Shown here piece after piece: positions 50,936 to 64,000 of a stretch of DNA of 64,000 nucleotides (its first letter is position 1; each line of letters begins with the position of its first letter). Position numbers and translations under genes: made by a program. The stretch lies in contig NC_042999.1 in assembly GCF_006345805.1 (NCBI RefSeq), positions 155,744,001 through 155,808,000 on the forward strand. Reading direction: 5' to 3'. Source of the DNA: Octopus sinensis (taxonomy: Eukaryota). Under the pieces are notes generated by a model. It worked only from the letters and a program-made list of their open reading frames with translations, ran no database searches and had not been told where the DNA came from.

Positions 50936-52204
50936 CTTTCAGTTTCCGTCTACTAAAATCAACTCACAAGGCTTTGGTCGGCCTGAGGCAATAGTAGAAG
51001 ACACTTGCCCAAGGTGCCATGCAGTGGGACTGAACCAAGAACTATGTGGTCCGTAAGCAAGCTACTTACCACACAACCACTCCTGTGCCTCAAAAAAAAA
51101 AAAAGGGTCACTGGGGAAAGGGGTTTAGGGTACATGTGTCTGGAGTGCTTAGCCACTTGCACATTAATCTCATGAGCATGCTGTTCCCTCGATCGGATCA
51201 GCCAGAACCCTTGCCATCGTAACCAACAGGAGTGCTAGCAATGTTAGCGTTAATGATACCAATTCCCTCCTCCTTGTTTGTGTTAGTTCTGATGATTTTA
51301 TTCTTGCTGTCACTGTTATTGTTTGTCTACTTAAACAAATGTGTCACAGACGAAGGCAATTGGGTGTTTTAAGAGCAACATATAAGTTTCTGCGACAGAG
51401 ACAGGCTACATTTTCAGTTTGGACTCAGTTCATGCTGGCAGGTCATGGTTGGTAGAGGAGGGTGCAGAATGTCAGACAGGTCAGGCTACATCTATTCTGT
51501 CATAGCATGTTTATATATTTACATATTTACAGAGTAGGGGAGGTTTGTATTGCTGCCAAGCATCTCTGCTGTTGTTGTTCATAGAAGTGATGCTGTTGGA
51601 TAATGATACAGGCAAAGGGAGAACGTTCAAATTTCAGAATGCTCAGCTAATTTGAGAGGAGGGGAAGGGAAGAGGGGGAGAAAGAGAAAGAGGAGAGAGA
51701 TGTCTTCAGGTTTCCATGAGGGCCTCGCAGTTTCACAAGCTAGATGTTCTATAATCACTACCCACCAGCCATTTTAATAAATATTACAAAATATTTCATC
51801 AATCATTTGATGTTCTGTTGAAAGTGTCACTGATATCATACCAACAGACACCCCCTTCCGCCCATGTCCCCCACCTGACACTAAAACAACAACTAGACAC
51901 AAAAACATCTCTCAAGATGTAATCTAATCAAAAGCTAACAGTTATTTTTTTTTACGAATTCAGCTGCTTGGGGATAGTGGTACACACACAAACAAACAAA
52001 AATAAAAATAAAAATTTTATTTCACAAGTAAAAAGGTTAAAGATCAAGAAACAAAAAAAAACCCCAAAATCAACAAAAACAGAGATTAATTGTCAGTATT
52101 GTTGCTGTGGTTGTTGTAGTCATTGCGAACATGCAAAATAATTGAACTTTGCATAAGTCCATGTGAAATTTGTTACACATGCAGTTTGCAAGAAGCCCCC
52201 CCTC

Positions 52205-52305
52205 ATATATATAAACATATACACATATCCATATATGTAATATATGCACGTAAATGTGTGTGTAAATATTTATATGTACATGTACATATATATGTATGTA
52301 TGTAT

Positions 52306-52337
<32 letters not shown>

Positions 52338-52618
52338 GTACATGTGTATGCATATATATATATGTACATGTGTATGTATATATATATGTATGTATATGTA
52401 TGTATGCATGTATATATGTATGTACATATGTATGTATATATATATATGTATATATGTGTGTGTGTATATATATATATGCTCATGTAGTTATATATGTGCA
52501 TACATACACACACACATACATGTGTATACATGTACGCAAATGTATATGCATGTGTATGTGTATATATATGCACATGTGTGAATATACATACATGCACGCA
52601 CATACACATACAAGACAT
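52205..52618. repeat. Compound (TA/TG/CA)n microsatellite
   Basis: Direct inspection. Confidence 0.95.
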
Positions 52619-53284
52619 ATTTAAATAAACATGCGTTGCTACGAATCGTATTACAAAAGCAATGTTATTTTGATTTCGGTGTTAACTAAACACGAGGTTA
52701 CGATAAACCAACTGAAAAGGTCTATTTGCCGTTACATAAGCCGATAATTAGGAACAATTGTCCTTTTGCAGTCTCGTAGCAATTACAACAATGTAATTGC
52801 AGAGAGTAATCAACAAGAAAATGACACCAAGTAAACACATTATTAAATAATAAATCACAAAATAAAAAGGAAAAAAAAATTCCAGTGAGCGCTAAGATTT
52901 CACCAAACCCAGGAATCATCATCACTATTGTTGTTTTAACACTCACATTTCCATACTTGCATGGGTTGGACAGAGTTTACTGAGACAGATTTTCTTTGGT
53001 TGGATGCCTCTCTTGTCACTAATCTCCCAACTGTTTCCATGGTAATATTTCCTCATGACCATCCTTTCAGGGTCGATAAATTAAGTACCAGTTACGCACT
53101 GGGGTCGATGTAATCGACTTAATCTGTTTGTCTGTCCTTGTTTGTCCCCTCTATGTTTAGCCCCTTGTGGGTAATAAAGAAACAAATATTTCCCCATGGC
53201 CAGGCAGGTTTTTCGAGGAAGACTGAAAATGACTGACACTGCTTGTATGACAGTGACACTCGTTTACAACTATCACACAATGTC

Positions 53285-53706
53285 AAAAATTTGTCCTATG
53301 AAGAAAGGCTGAGGACGCTCGACCTTTATTCTCTAGAAAAATGCTGCCGCCGTGGTGATCTCATTCTCGCCCACAACATCATAAGCGGAAAGTGTAACCT
53401 CTCGAAAGAGCTGTTCTTCACTCCTGCTCCAGAGCGTCGGCTGCGGGGTCATTCCGAAAGCTCTACCTGCGACGATTTCATCTCAATCGAAGGAGAGGAG
53501 CTTTCTCCGTCCGGGTTGCGGATCCGTGGAACAAGCTGCCAGACGAGATGGTGAAGTTGCCGACGACCACTTTGTTCAAAGCCTCCCTTGACCTCAAGTG
53601 GCCTGAACTCTTTACATGAACACCACCCTGTACTTAACTCCATGTCCCCCTACATGGCCTTGGTATTTGCTTTTGAGCCAAATTAACTAACTAACTAATG
53701 AACTAA
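53285..53706 (+). mobile_element. CR1-clade LINE 3' end with (TAAC)n tail, low divergence
   Basis: LSYEERLRTLDLYSLEK..RRGDLI....RGH..(frameshift)..FSVRVADPWNKLPDEMV...FKASLDLKWPELFT* is the classic CR1 ORF2 C-terminus. Tail aattaactaactaactaa. Confidence 0.9.
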
Positions 53707-55589
53707 CAAGGAGAAATATACACACACACACACAGATTAGATAGATAAAGGTTTTAATTTGGATCACTTCAACACTTTTGCTATTTCTGTTGAAATGCAC
53801 TTCGCTTGTTTCAATTAATTTTGAGTATTAGAATTTAGTAAAACATTTATCATTATCAAAACAGTGTTTGGAACATAAACTAATATGAAATTTTGGTGAA
53901 ATGTTTTAATTTAGATCAGTTTGAAACAGGATGTTTGTGTCATAGAAGGGGCAGCTTCATGTGGGTAGGTATCAAAAGGTTTAGATCAGCAAAATTTGGT
54001 TAGAACATTGCAACCACTCATCAAAAAAAACCCATAAAACTAACAGGATGTGTTGTGAGAGTGAGGAAGACACTGCAGCTAAATAGCCTGCCAAAATTCC
54101 AGTGACTCAATTTTTGAATGGGGGTGAAATCAGTCTTAAAAACTTGTCAGAAGGGGGATGAATTTGTCAAAATGGGGGTGGGTAAGTATTGCAACTTAGT
54201 TAAAAAAACATCAAAATGTTGGTTTCAAATTTTGGCACAAGGCCAGCAATTTGGAGGGCAAGGGATAAGTTGATTGTTTTAACCAGTGCTCAACTGGTTT
54301 TATTGACTCCAAAAGTCCCTGTGTCGGTGGCACATAAAATCACCCACTACACTCTCAGAGTGGTTGGCGTTAGGAAGGGCATCCAGCTGTAGAAACACTG
54401 CCAGATCTGACTGGCCTGGTGCAGCCTTCAAGCTTGCCAGACACCAGTTGAACCGTCCAACCCATGCTAGCATGGAAAGCGGACGTTAAACGATGTTGAT
54501 GATGATGATGATGAAAAGCAAAGCTGGCCTTAGTGGAATTTGAACACAGAACAAAGATGGATGGAATGGCACCAATGATGAAGGGAACTTTGAACTAAAA
54601 CTGACGGTTATTAAGCAAGTTGCACCCAAGGACTTGTAGTGAATCAAGGAAGTGCTATTTGGTTGTCGTGTATTAGCACAATATCGCTACAGCAGCTTCA
54701 GCCAATTAAAACTGGCTGCAGAGTAATACAGACAACAGCTTCTGCCCAGCAGTATTTTGTGCTTTTTTTCAATAGTTAGCTATAAATACAGCATCATCCA
54801 TCCACAAAGAATTCCATTCCAGTCAGTCAGCAAAAGACTTTGACAAGAGTATAACTATTTCCAGTGGGACTTCGGAAGGACACTACCGCTGATGGCATAC
54901 TTCAACATGAACAGCTGTGTTATTTCACCGACTTAATGCCGTCAACTTCGGGATTACATTAAACACGCACGGCAAATCCCATTATTCTCTGTGAACGGAA
55001 CCTGCCTGTTTAAACTGCTTACTACCTTTATTGCGGTATGCTTCTACCCATTTGCGTAATAGTAAGTCCAATGGCCCTCCTTGACTTCACATACCACATT
55101 TGGCCTACTCTCGTTGCAACTCAAGTAAATTATGATATTTGTTCTAATATAGCTTTCTAATGTATTTTCTCAATGCCTCACAAAGGCAACTGTTTCGTTG
55201 ACTTTCCGCATTGTAGATTTGGTAACATGCTAAAATTGGTAACACTTTACTCAAATTACATTCTTACATTCGAACACAGAAACAACTCCATTACAAACTT
55301 TAACCTTTTAGATAACGAACCCTCCTGAGATTGCTCCAGTTCTATAATGCAAACTTCCTGTTCTATAGTGACAGAAATTAAAACTGCCCATCAAAATTTT
55401 GAGTTAATTTGTTCCAAACACAAGCTTAATAATGTCAGTTATTAAATTCATTATTTTCATAATTAATTGAAACAAAGGCAATGAATTTCAATCAAAATAT
55501 GGTAACAAAAGGGTTAATGTTATAACTAAAGATGCCACTGCTCATTAATGTTAATTTTTTTTCTCTAAAATTCTTAAACATCTCAAGCT

Positions 55590-55900
55590 GTGTGGAAAAA
55601 GTGGAAGCTATCTGTATGAAAGTGGCCTGGCAGAATGTTTTGTCTGAATGTGCTAATGATCTTCATGGTTTTAAAAACCAAGAAAATTAAGTCTTTGATG
55701 AAATTAGCACAGGAAAAGACTTTAGGTTTGAGGATGTGGATACAGGAAATGTTCAGGAATTACTGACTTTACATTTAAAAGACTTAAAGGGACAATGATC
55801 TCATTGATGCCGAGTGTCAAAGAGGAAGAAGGAAAGACATGTGAAGATACAGAAAGGAAATAAGGGTGAAAGGAAGGACTTGATGGATTTTCTGCTAGAG
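55590..55900 (+). mobile_element. Highly decayed Tigger/pogo-like transposase C-terminal fragment
   Basis: Broken frames give WKKVEAICMKVAWQNVLSECANDLHGF and LGFEDVDTGNVQELL, similar to Tigger C-termini (recognised from memory). Confidence 0.4.
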
Positions 55901-56458
55901 ATTTGATTAAATAAGGACTAATAGATAAGGATCTAATTTATCTAGACAGATTATATAGATATCCTTCATTCAATGAAACTGAGATAATCAAAGTACTTGA
56001 TTAAGTAACGATTAATGGATATGGAACAAGATTTTGAATGGAGTTCCTTCACCTTTTCTTTCCACACTTTTCTCCAGCACTTTACATATTTCAACTCCTC
56101 CAGTGATAGTAATATCAACATTGCACATGGAGATATTCAAAATACTTAGAATTGTGAGCTGCGACGACATGCTACACCTATAAAACAACATCAGCATAAT
56201 GTAGTAGCACATTTTGATATCTTCATTGCAGACTGAACCACTTTGTTTCATATGAGAGTCAGTAGACTTCAGAGGAAATCTAGATCTAAAGTTTCATGTT
56301 GAGGTAGAAGCCATCAATTTTATGTTAACTGTTAAGAACAGCTATTAAATCTTTTGGAAATGTAATTGTGAGAGATTAACATCTCATCAGTGAGATTTTA
56401 TTTATCATCTGTTGAAAGAAATTGGAGTCTTTGAAACACAAAAGTAATTAAGTCTGAT

Positions 56459-57191
56459 TTAACCCTTTCCTTACCAACCCGGCTGAAACCAGCTCTGGCT
56501 TTGAGTACAAATGTCTTGCTTTCATAAGTTTGGAATTAAAATCTTCCATCAAACCTTAGTCACAATTTATGTCCCTAACACTAGCTGAATGATAACTAAG
56601 CTATTTTAGCAAATTCTTTGTTATATTTAAAGTAATTGAAAGAAACACAGAGCATCTCAACAGAAATATGGTAACAAAAGGATTAAAATATATAATAGCA
56701 AAACAATTCTTTACCCTTTTGATACCAACCTGGCAGAAACTACCTCTGGCTCTGTAGTACAAATATCTTGTTTTCATAAGTTTTGAATTAAAATCTTCCA
56801 TCAAACCTTAGTCACAATTTATGTTCCTAAAACTAGCTGAATGATAACTAAGTTATTTTAGCAAATTTTTTGTTATATTTAAAGTAATTGAAAGAAACAC
56901 AGAGCATCTCAACAGAAATATGGTAACAAAAGGGTTAAAATATATAATAGCAAAACAATTCTTTACCCTTTTGATACCAACCTGGCAGAAACTACCTCTG
57001 GCTCTGTAGTACAAATATCTTGTTTTCATAAGTTTTGAATTAAAATCTTCCATCAAACCTTAGTCACAATTTATGTTCCTAAAACTAGCTGAATGATAAC
57101 TAAGTTATTTTAGCAAATTCTTTGTTATATTTAAGATTAATTGAAAGAAACACAGAGTATCTCAAAATAAATACAGTAATGAAAGGGTTAA
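56459..57191 (-). mobile_element. Second trimer of the same TTAA MITE, inverted relative to 27422-28152
   Basis: Same three-unit layout and the same spacer (aatatataatagcaaaacaattct) in reverse complement; period 252 bp. Confidence 0.85.
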
Positions 57192-59081
57192 ACAATTTTG
57201 AAAGCCTATTCATCTATAAATAATGCAAAATACCCTAAATTAAATACCCCTTGGCCAGAGAAAAGAGCAGAAAGCTACTGGTGGGACTAACCATGCATCA
57301 CATCCATCCAAATTAGAAGCTTTAAACTTACAAGCAAGAAAGTAAAGACTGTTTGCATTAAGAATGTAAATTTTGAAGCAACAAGAAAATATGTAAATAA
57401 ACCTATTAATGATGGATCTTGCTTTAAATGTTAGCTCAATGTATCAGGTTAAAGACCACACATACAGATCAAAAGCAGAAAAGCTGCCAGCAAGAGTCAA
57501 ACCATGAACCTTCTGTATCAAAAGGAGTTATAATACCAATACACTGAGTTTTCTGACTTTCATCTATGAAAGTTCTACATGTAAACAAAAGTAATGTCTT
57601 GAAACTGCACCACAAAATCATTTACAACAGAACTTAATTCATATCTCAGCTGAAGGAGGGTCTATTTCTTCATCTTTACCAAATTGTTAGGTATGGGAGC
57701 AGGTTTGGCTGTGTAGTTAAGAAGTTCAATTTTGCTAACCAAATAGTTTCAGGTTTAGTTAAACAGCACAACAGCTCAAACAAGTGCCTTATATTAAAGC
57801 ACCAGGTGGACCAAACTTTTTATCATCTGTTTGTCTAATGCAATAAAACCAGAACTAAAAGACCAATCCATTGGAGTTCTTTGAGTCTTTCAAGAAATAT
57901 AAACATTAAATATCACACCATCAATAACCTTTCAAACATTTTTCTTTACTAAATTTGCTTAATTCTTTTGATGTCAACCTGTCTGAGACTACCCTTGGCT
58001 CTATGGTACAAAAGTTCCTATTATAAGGTAATCCAATTTGGGGCTGTGTTTAAGACATGAGTGCACCAGGGGCCTCACAGGTCTAAGGGAGCCAATTCTG
58101 ATCTATGCAATGCTGTGGCTTGCTATCAATAAACAAGTACTACAGATCCCATTGTACTGATTTGTCCAGGGACTATAATGCTAATTAGGCCCTGATCCAA
58201 ATTAAAACTTCCCATTAGTTTCCTGACAATTTATGTTCTAAACACCAACTTAAAAATAACAAAACTACTTGAATGAGATCATTATTTTCAAAATTAACTG
58301 AAAGACAGTAAATTACAACAGAAATATGGTAACAAAAGGGTTAAAGTGATCCAAGTTGAAACCTTCCATCAAAATTCATTGTTTATATTCCAAACACGAG
58401 TTTAATAATGACAAGGTTGTTTTATTAAATTCATTATTTTTAACATTAATTGAAACAAAAGGCAGATGTACTTCAACAAAAATAGGGAAGCAAAAAAGAG
58501 CTAATCCTTTAACCCTATTTATCCTTCAGTAATCAGATTCCTCTGTCAAATGTAATATTTATTCACATGGTTTTGAATTAATGGTGCCTTATCTCACAGT
58601 TTTGAGATTTTGATGATGTGATTAATTATTTTTAGAATGACATTGTCGAGTAAGTGTGAGAGGTTGAATCTGGCCAGTTTGAACATAAAACAGGTGAAAT
58701 AATTGGGGCCAGATATGATTGGTTTAAATGCTTAAATGTTAAGCTTTTAAGTACAATCAAACAGTGGATGAATTAATGATTTAATGAAAAACATTGAAGG
58801 GAAGTTTGTGTATGTAAGAAATGAAACTAAATAAACATTAGCAATCTGTTCCATTATTATAACCACCATTGAGTGAGTGGGGTTATGATGGGACAGCACT
58901 TACAGCAGATATCTTTAACAACAACAGGCTTTTAAAACAGCCGGAAATAACTTCTTCAGTACAGAAAATCCACTTCAAGTGGCGGCCATGTCTGAAGGCA
59001 GGTAGGAAAACAAACACACATATACACACATGGACACATGTACATACTTACTTACACACAGCCACCATAATCAACATCAAT

Positions 59082-59299
59082 TTAACCCTTTAGCATTTAA
59101 ACCGGCCATATCCGGCCAAAAGTATTCTGTTCAAACTGGCTAGATCTGGTCTCTTACACCAACCCTACAATATCGTTTTAAAAATCAACAGCTACCTCAT
59201 CAAAATCTCATAGCTACAAGATAATGCTTGATTAATTCAAAACAATGTGGATGAAGAAGCATTAGTTTTGGCAGAATATTGTGAACACTAAAGGGTTAA
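59082..59299. mobile_element. Second TTAA-flanked MITE family (TTAACCCTTTAGCATT...CTAAAGGGTTAA); partial copies near 3750, 5805, 21940, 45095, 58510 and 60675
   Basis: TTAA at both ends, CCCTTTAG terminal inverted repeats and a shared internal sequence across copies. Confidence 0.75.
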
Positions 59300-60768
59300 A
59301 ATCTATGCTGCTTTTATGGGTTGCTGTTTAGCCTAAGGTCAGCCTTGACCAGGAAGACCTTATAAATCCAGTTGTAGCCATCCCATCTATTTGTATACTT
59401 GTGATTCTAAGATGTGAATTTGAGAGAAATTTCACAGCTATTTCTAGCAGTTTGAGTGACTACAAAGAGGACCTAATAATTAATATATCATATTGTTAGT
59501 TCTGGCCCTTTCCATTCTTTGTTCAAATCCTACCAAGGTCATCATTGTCTTCCATCCTTATGAGCCACCATAATACAGTACTGTTCATGTACTGAAGTAC
59601 ATATAATTGTTTATTCCCATCTTGGTGGTGGTGTGAAAACAGTGGAAGATGCTCGGTTAGTAAAGACTAAGAATACATTAATGAAGACCAATGGCTCACA
59701 GTTCTAGGTTTAAATCTTGATTATATTTAGACCACCATGACACTGACCAATGCCAATAATCTCTGACTGGCTCCCGTGCTGGTGGCACATAAAAAGCACT
59801 ATCCGAATGTGATCCATGCCAGGGCCACCTGACTGGCTCCCCTGCCAGTGGCATGTAAAAAGCAGGCCCACCTGACTGGCTCCTGTGACAGTAGCATGTA
59901 AAAAGCACCCACTACACTCTTGGAGTGGTTGGTGTTAGGAAGGGCATCCAGCTGTAGAAACCTTGCCAGATCAGATTGGAGCTTGATGCAGCTGCTGGCT
60001 CTCCAGACCTCAGTCAAACCATTCAACCCATATCAGGATGGAAAATGGATGTTAAATCATGATGATGATGATGAAAGAACTCAATGGTTAATGTAGCCAG
60101 TCTTATGAAAGCTTTATCACAAGACAGAGTGTTCATTATTGGAATGTTTTAAATTATAGATTTGCTGAGCTAGAGTAGATCTGGGGCTACAGAATTCAGA
60201 TACATTATTGACCATGAAGAGTCACATGTTCTTGCATCTGCTTTCATATTTTGGCACAAAGCCAACAATGGAGGGGTGAAAGGGGTAAGTTGATTACACC
60301 AACTCTAGTGATCAACAGTTATTTTTTTCAATCTCAAAAGGGTGAAAAGCAAAGTTAACCTCAACAGCTCAGAACAAAGACAGATGAAGCGCGACTAAGC
60401 ATTTTGCCTGATCTGCTAACAATTCTGTGAGCTTTCTGCCTTGTATATTAAAGCCAGATAAGGGAGAAGAAAAAGGAGAGACCACTTAAAAATCAATCAG
60501 CAGAGACTGCAATCACCAACAGGTGAGAGAGAGAGAAATCTATAGGGAGAGACAAACAGGTAGAGGTAATTGTAAAAGAAATGCTTGTTTAACGTGGTTG
60601 AGAAACACGCGATACAGGACAAACAAGTTGAAATAATCTCATTGAGAATCATGATACTAACAGGGAAGATCATTTAACCCTTTAGCATTCAAATTAATGT
60701 CAAATGTAATGCCTATTGGTTCACATTGTTTTGAATTAATCATGCATTAGTGGCTGTGAATTAATCAT

Positions 60769-60927
60769 GCAGGAGTGGCTGTGTGGTAAGTAGCTTGCTA
60801 ACCAGCCACATGGTTCCGGGTTCAGTCCCACTGCGTGGCATCTTGGGCAAGTGTCTTCTGCTATAGCCCCGGTCCGACCAATGCCTCGTGAGTGGATTTG
60901 GTAGACGGAAACTGAAAGAAGCCTGTC

Positions 60928-60973
<46 letters not shown>

Positions 60974-61192
60974 TTGTGTGTCTGTGTTTGTCCCCCTAGC
61001 ATTGCCTAACAACCGATGCTGGTGTGTTTACGTCCCCGTCACTTAGCGGTTTGGCAAAAGAGACCGATAGAATAAGTACTGGGCTTACAAAGAATAAGTT
61101 GCGGGGTCGATTTGCTCGACTAAAGGCGGTGCTCCAGCATGGCTGCAGTCAAATGACTGAAACAAGTAAAAGAGTAAAAAAGAGTAAAGAGT
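60769..61192 (+). mobile_element. tRNA-derived SINE family B with internal (TA/TG)n, near-full copy
   Basis: GCAGGAGTGGCTGTGTGGTAAG (A box)...GGTTCAGTCCC (B box)...GGAAACTGAAAGAAGCC-(microsatellite)-...AAACAAGTAAAAGAGTA tail. Other copies at 4972-5350(-), 19987-20378(-), 46833-47224(+) and 62283-62540(+). Confidence 0.88.
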
Positions 61193-64000
61193 ATTATCTC
61201 ATAGCTTCAAGATTTTTATAGTGGAGCGCTAAGAGTACCATATGAGTGAGATCGTTGCCAGAGCAACAAGCTGGCCTCTGTGCCAATGACACGTAAAAAG
61301 CACTATTCGAGTGTGATAGTTATCTGTGTCGCTTTACTGACACTTGTGCTGGTGGCATGTGAAAAAGCATTCGAGCGAGGTCATTGCCAGTGTCGCTGAA
61401 CTGGCTCCTGTGCAGGTGGCACATAAAAAGCACCATTTAAGCGTGGCCATTGCTAGTACCGCCTGACAGGCCCTCGTGCCGGTGGCATGTAAAAGCGCTT
61501 ACTACACTCTCGGAGTGGTTGGCGTTAGGAAGGGCATCCAGCTGTAGAAACTTTGCCAAGTCAGATTGGAGTCTGGTGCAGCCATCTGGTTTGCCAGACC
61601 TCAGTCAAATCGTCCAACCCATGCTAGCATGGAAAGCGGATGTTAAACAATGATGATGATTGTTTATTTCTAGAATGACATTGTAGGATAGGTGTTAGAG
61701 GCCAGATCTGGTTAGTCTGAACATAAAATGAGGAATATTTGAATCTGACGTGACCAGTTTAAATGTCAAAAGTTTATTTAGAGGAACTAGCACTTTTGAT
61801 TGGGAATCAAAAATACTGAGGATTTAATTCCATTAAAAAGTATTAATTAAAATCTACTTCAAGTACACACTACTTATTAAAGCTTTTATCATGTTTGTTC
61901 TTAACCAAACCAATCTTTTAAAGCTGTTCTTAGCAAAATCTTCCCATATGGTGGTGAACAACACACACAAATACACACATAAGTAATAGATTAATAAGTT
62001 GTTTGTAGAGTAATTTTAGAAGTTAAATAAGTGTTATTAAATATCAATTTCTAATTAATATATAATAATATGAAAATAGTTAGGAGTGAGATATTTATAG
62101 CATAAATAGTGAGATTTATACTTTACTCTGACTAGTTATTAGTTATTAGGTTACGACTAAACCACACAGAGTAATCATCTATAGACACTGTTTTCAAAGA
62201 AAACTTGATATTCCGTGACTTAAACCATTAAACATCATTTAATTGATGACTGAGAAAATTAAACTGTGTGTGTGTGTGTGGTAGGCACAGGTGTGGCTGT
62301 GTGGTAAGAAGTTTGCTTCATAACCACATGGTTCTGAGTTCAGTTCCACTGCATGGCACCTTGGGTAGGTGTCTTCTATTATAGCCTCAGGCCAACCAAA
62401 GCCTTGTGAATGGATTTGGTAGACAGAAACTGAAAGAAGACTGTCATGTGTTTATGCCTATCACTCACTACCAATTAACAACTGGTGTTGGTGTGTTTAT
62501 GTCCTTGTAACTTAGTGGTTCAACAAAAGAGACCAATAGAATAAGAACCAGTCATCTTCTGCATGGCATCTCTTATTTCTTTATTGCCCACAAGGGGCTA
62601 AACAGAGAGGACAAACAAGGACAGACAAAGGGGTTAAGTTGATTACATCGACCCCAGTGCATAACTGGTACTTATTTAATCAACCCCGAAAGGATGAAAG
62701 GCAAAGTTGACCTTGGTGGAATTTGAACTAAGGATGTAACAGATGAAATACCGCTAAGCATTTTGCTCAGCATGCTAACATTTCTGCCAACTCGCTACCT
62801 TAATATTGCAAGCTATGGTGCCATGTAAGAAGCACGCAGTGCAACACACTGTAAAGTAGTTGGCATTAGGAAGGACAGCCAGCCACAGAAACCATGCCAA
62901 AACAGATAATGGAATTTGGTGCGGGTCCTAACCTTACCAGTCAGTTCCTGTCAAACCGTCCAACCCATGCCAGCATGGAAAACAGACATTAACTGATGAG
63001 GAGGGTGATGATAATGAAGGTATTTTATCAGACAGCATTAACAAATTCTCCCAACACAAGCACATGTTTAAGCAACCAAAAGCACATGCACACACACACA
63101 CTCTCTCTTTTTCTCTCTCTTGAAGCCATAGCTTTGGGGCTTAAAACTTTTAACTGGTGGTGGGAGGGAAAGTCACATTTCTTCTTCTGTTTGACTCTTG
63201 ACACCATCCTGTGTTTTCTTGGCATTCATTGTCTCCAGGCTATGAGGATTGACAGGTCAGGCTGACCCTCAGCTAGACAAAACAACAGCACTAACAATTC
63301 TGAGTCATTAGCCCTCAATGTCAGCACTTTCAAAAGACTGAGGTCTATCCAACCTGCTGTATATGGGTGGAGGAGGAAATATACTTGTGTCAATTATATG
63401 TCTAGTAAAAGAAAAAAAAAAAAAAAAAAAGCCCTTATTTAATCCTTTTGACACCAACCTTCCTTAAAACTGACCTTGGTCTTATACTAGCTTCCTGTTT
63501 TGAAATGTTCTTAAAAACCTTCCCTCAAAATTCTATGCTAATTTATATTCCAAACACCAGCTTAAAAATGATAAAATTATTTTACTAAATTCTTTGTTAT
63601 TTTCAAAATTAATTCAAAGACAATACATTTCAAGAGAAATGTTCTCATTGTTCTGTTATTGTCCTTGGTTTAAAGTCTTTGATTCTCTCTTCAGATTGCT
63701 ACTGGCACCAACAGTTTTAGAAGCCATTTAAATATTTGTCCTCTATCTCAGGTATTTCTCAATTAGTTAAACAAGCATTTCTGTAACAATTGCCTCCACT
63801 CGTAAAACAGAGGCAAAGGGGTGTAAGAGCTGCAGGATGATGCACATACAAGGCATGGTGGCAGGCAATGAGTATGAGTAAGGAATACTACATACACTGA
63901 AATAGAAAGAATTAGGGATAGGGGAAAAGGAAAGGAAGTCAATGGCAGTGGTTATGGGAGGAGCCATATAATTGAGAAATACTAATTCTTTATAGGAAAA

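Noticed and set aside
54780-55260. CpG-richer segment that looks like decayed coding sequence
   Set aside because: No frame gave a motif I could assign with confidence; probably an old transposon fragment.
1-64000. tRNA genes
   Set aside because: All A/B-box hits are SINE heads lacking a complete cloverleaf and acceptor stem.

Overview
AT-rich, repeat-saturated animal genomic DNA. The SINE/RTE repeat types and extreme microsatellite load suggest an octopus or other coleoid cephalopod (inference). The window is mostly intronic sequence of one minus-strand gene, an MPRIP/outspread (TRIOBP-family) homologue. Four phase-compatible exons were reconstructed by hand: 39915-39980, 28509-28660 and 25745-25841 (first PH domain), then a 705-nt Ser-rich exon at 8776-9480. 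The introns hold several tRNA-derived SINE families, RTE, CR1 and Hero LINE fragments, a decayed DD36E Tc1-like transposon, TTAA (piggyBac-like) MITEs including two inverted trimers, hAT and TA-type MITEs, non-autonomous Helitrons, mini/microsatellites and a U3 snoRNA copy with target-site duplication. The most interesting signal is a 360-bp, hairpin-rich partial tandem repeat (28791-29346). It carries a type I minimal hammerhead ribozyme with a compensatory U3-A8 core and a palindromic stem III, so it is a candidate non-LTR retrozyme or Penelope pseudo-LTR. Two further hammerhead-core remnants occur elsewhere, in a tRNA-headed SINE and in a 280-bp palindrome. Most ORFs in the supplied track are microsatellite or SINE artefacts. 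All family assignments come from motif recognition by eye; no database search was run.
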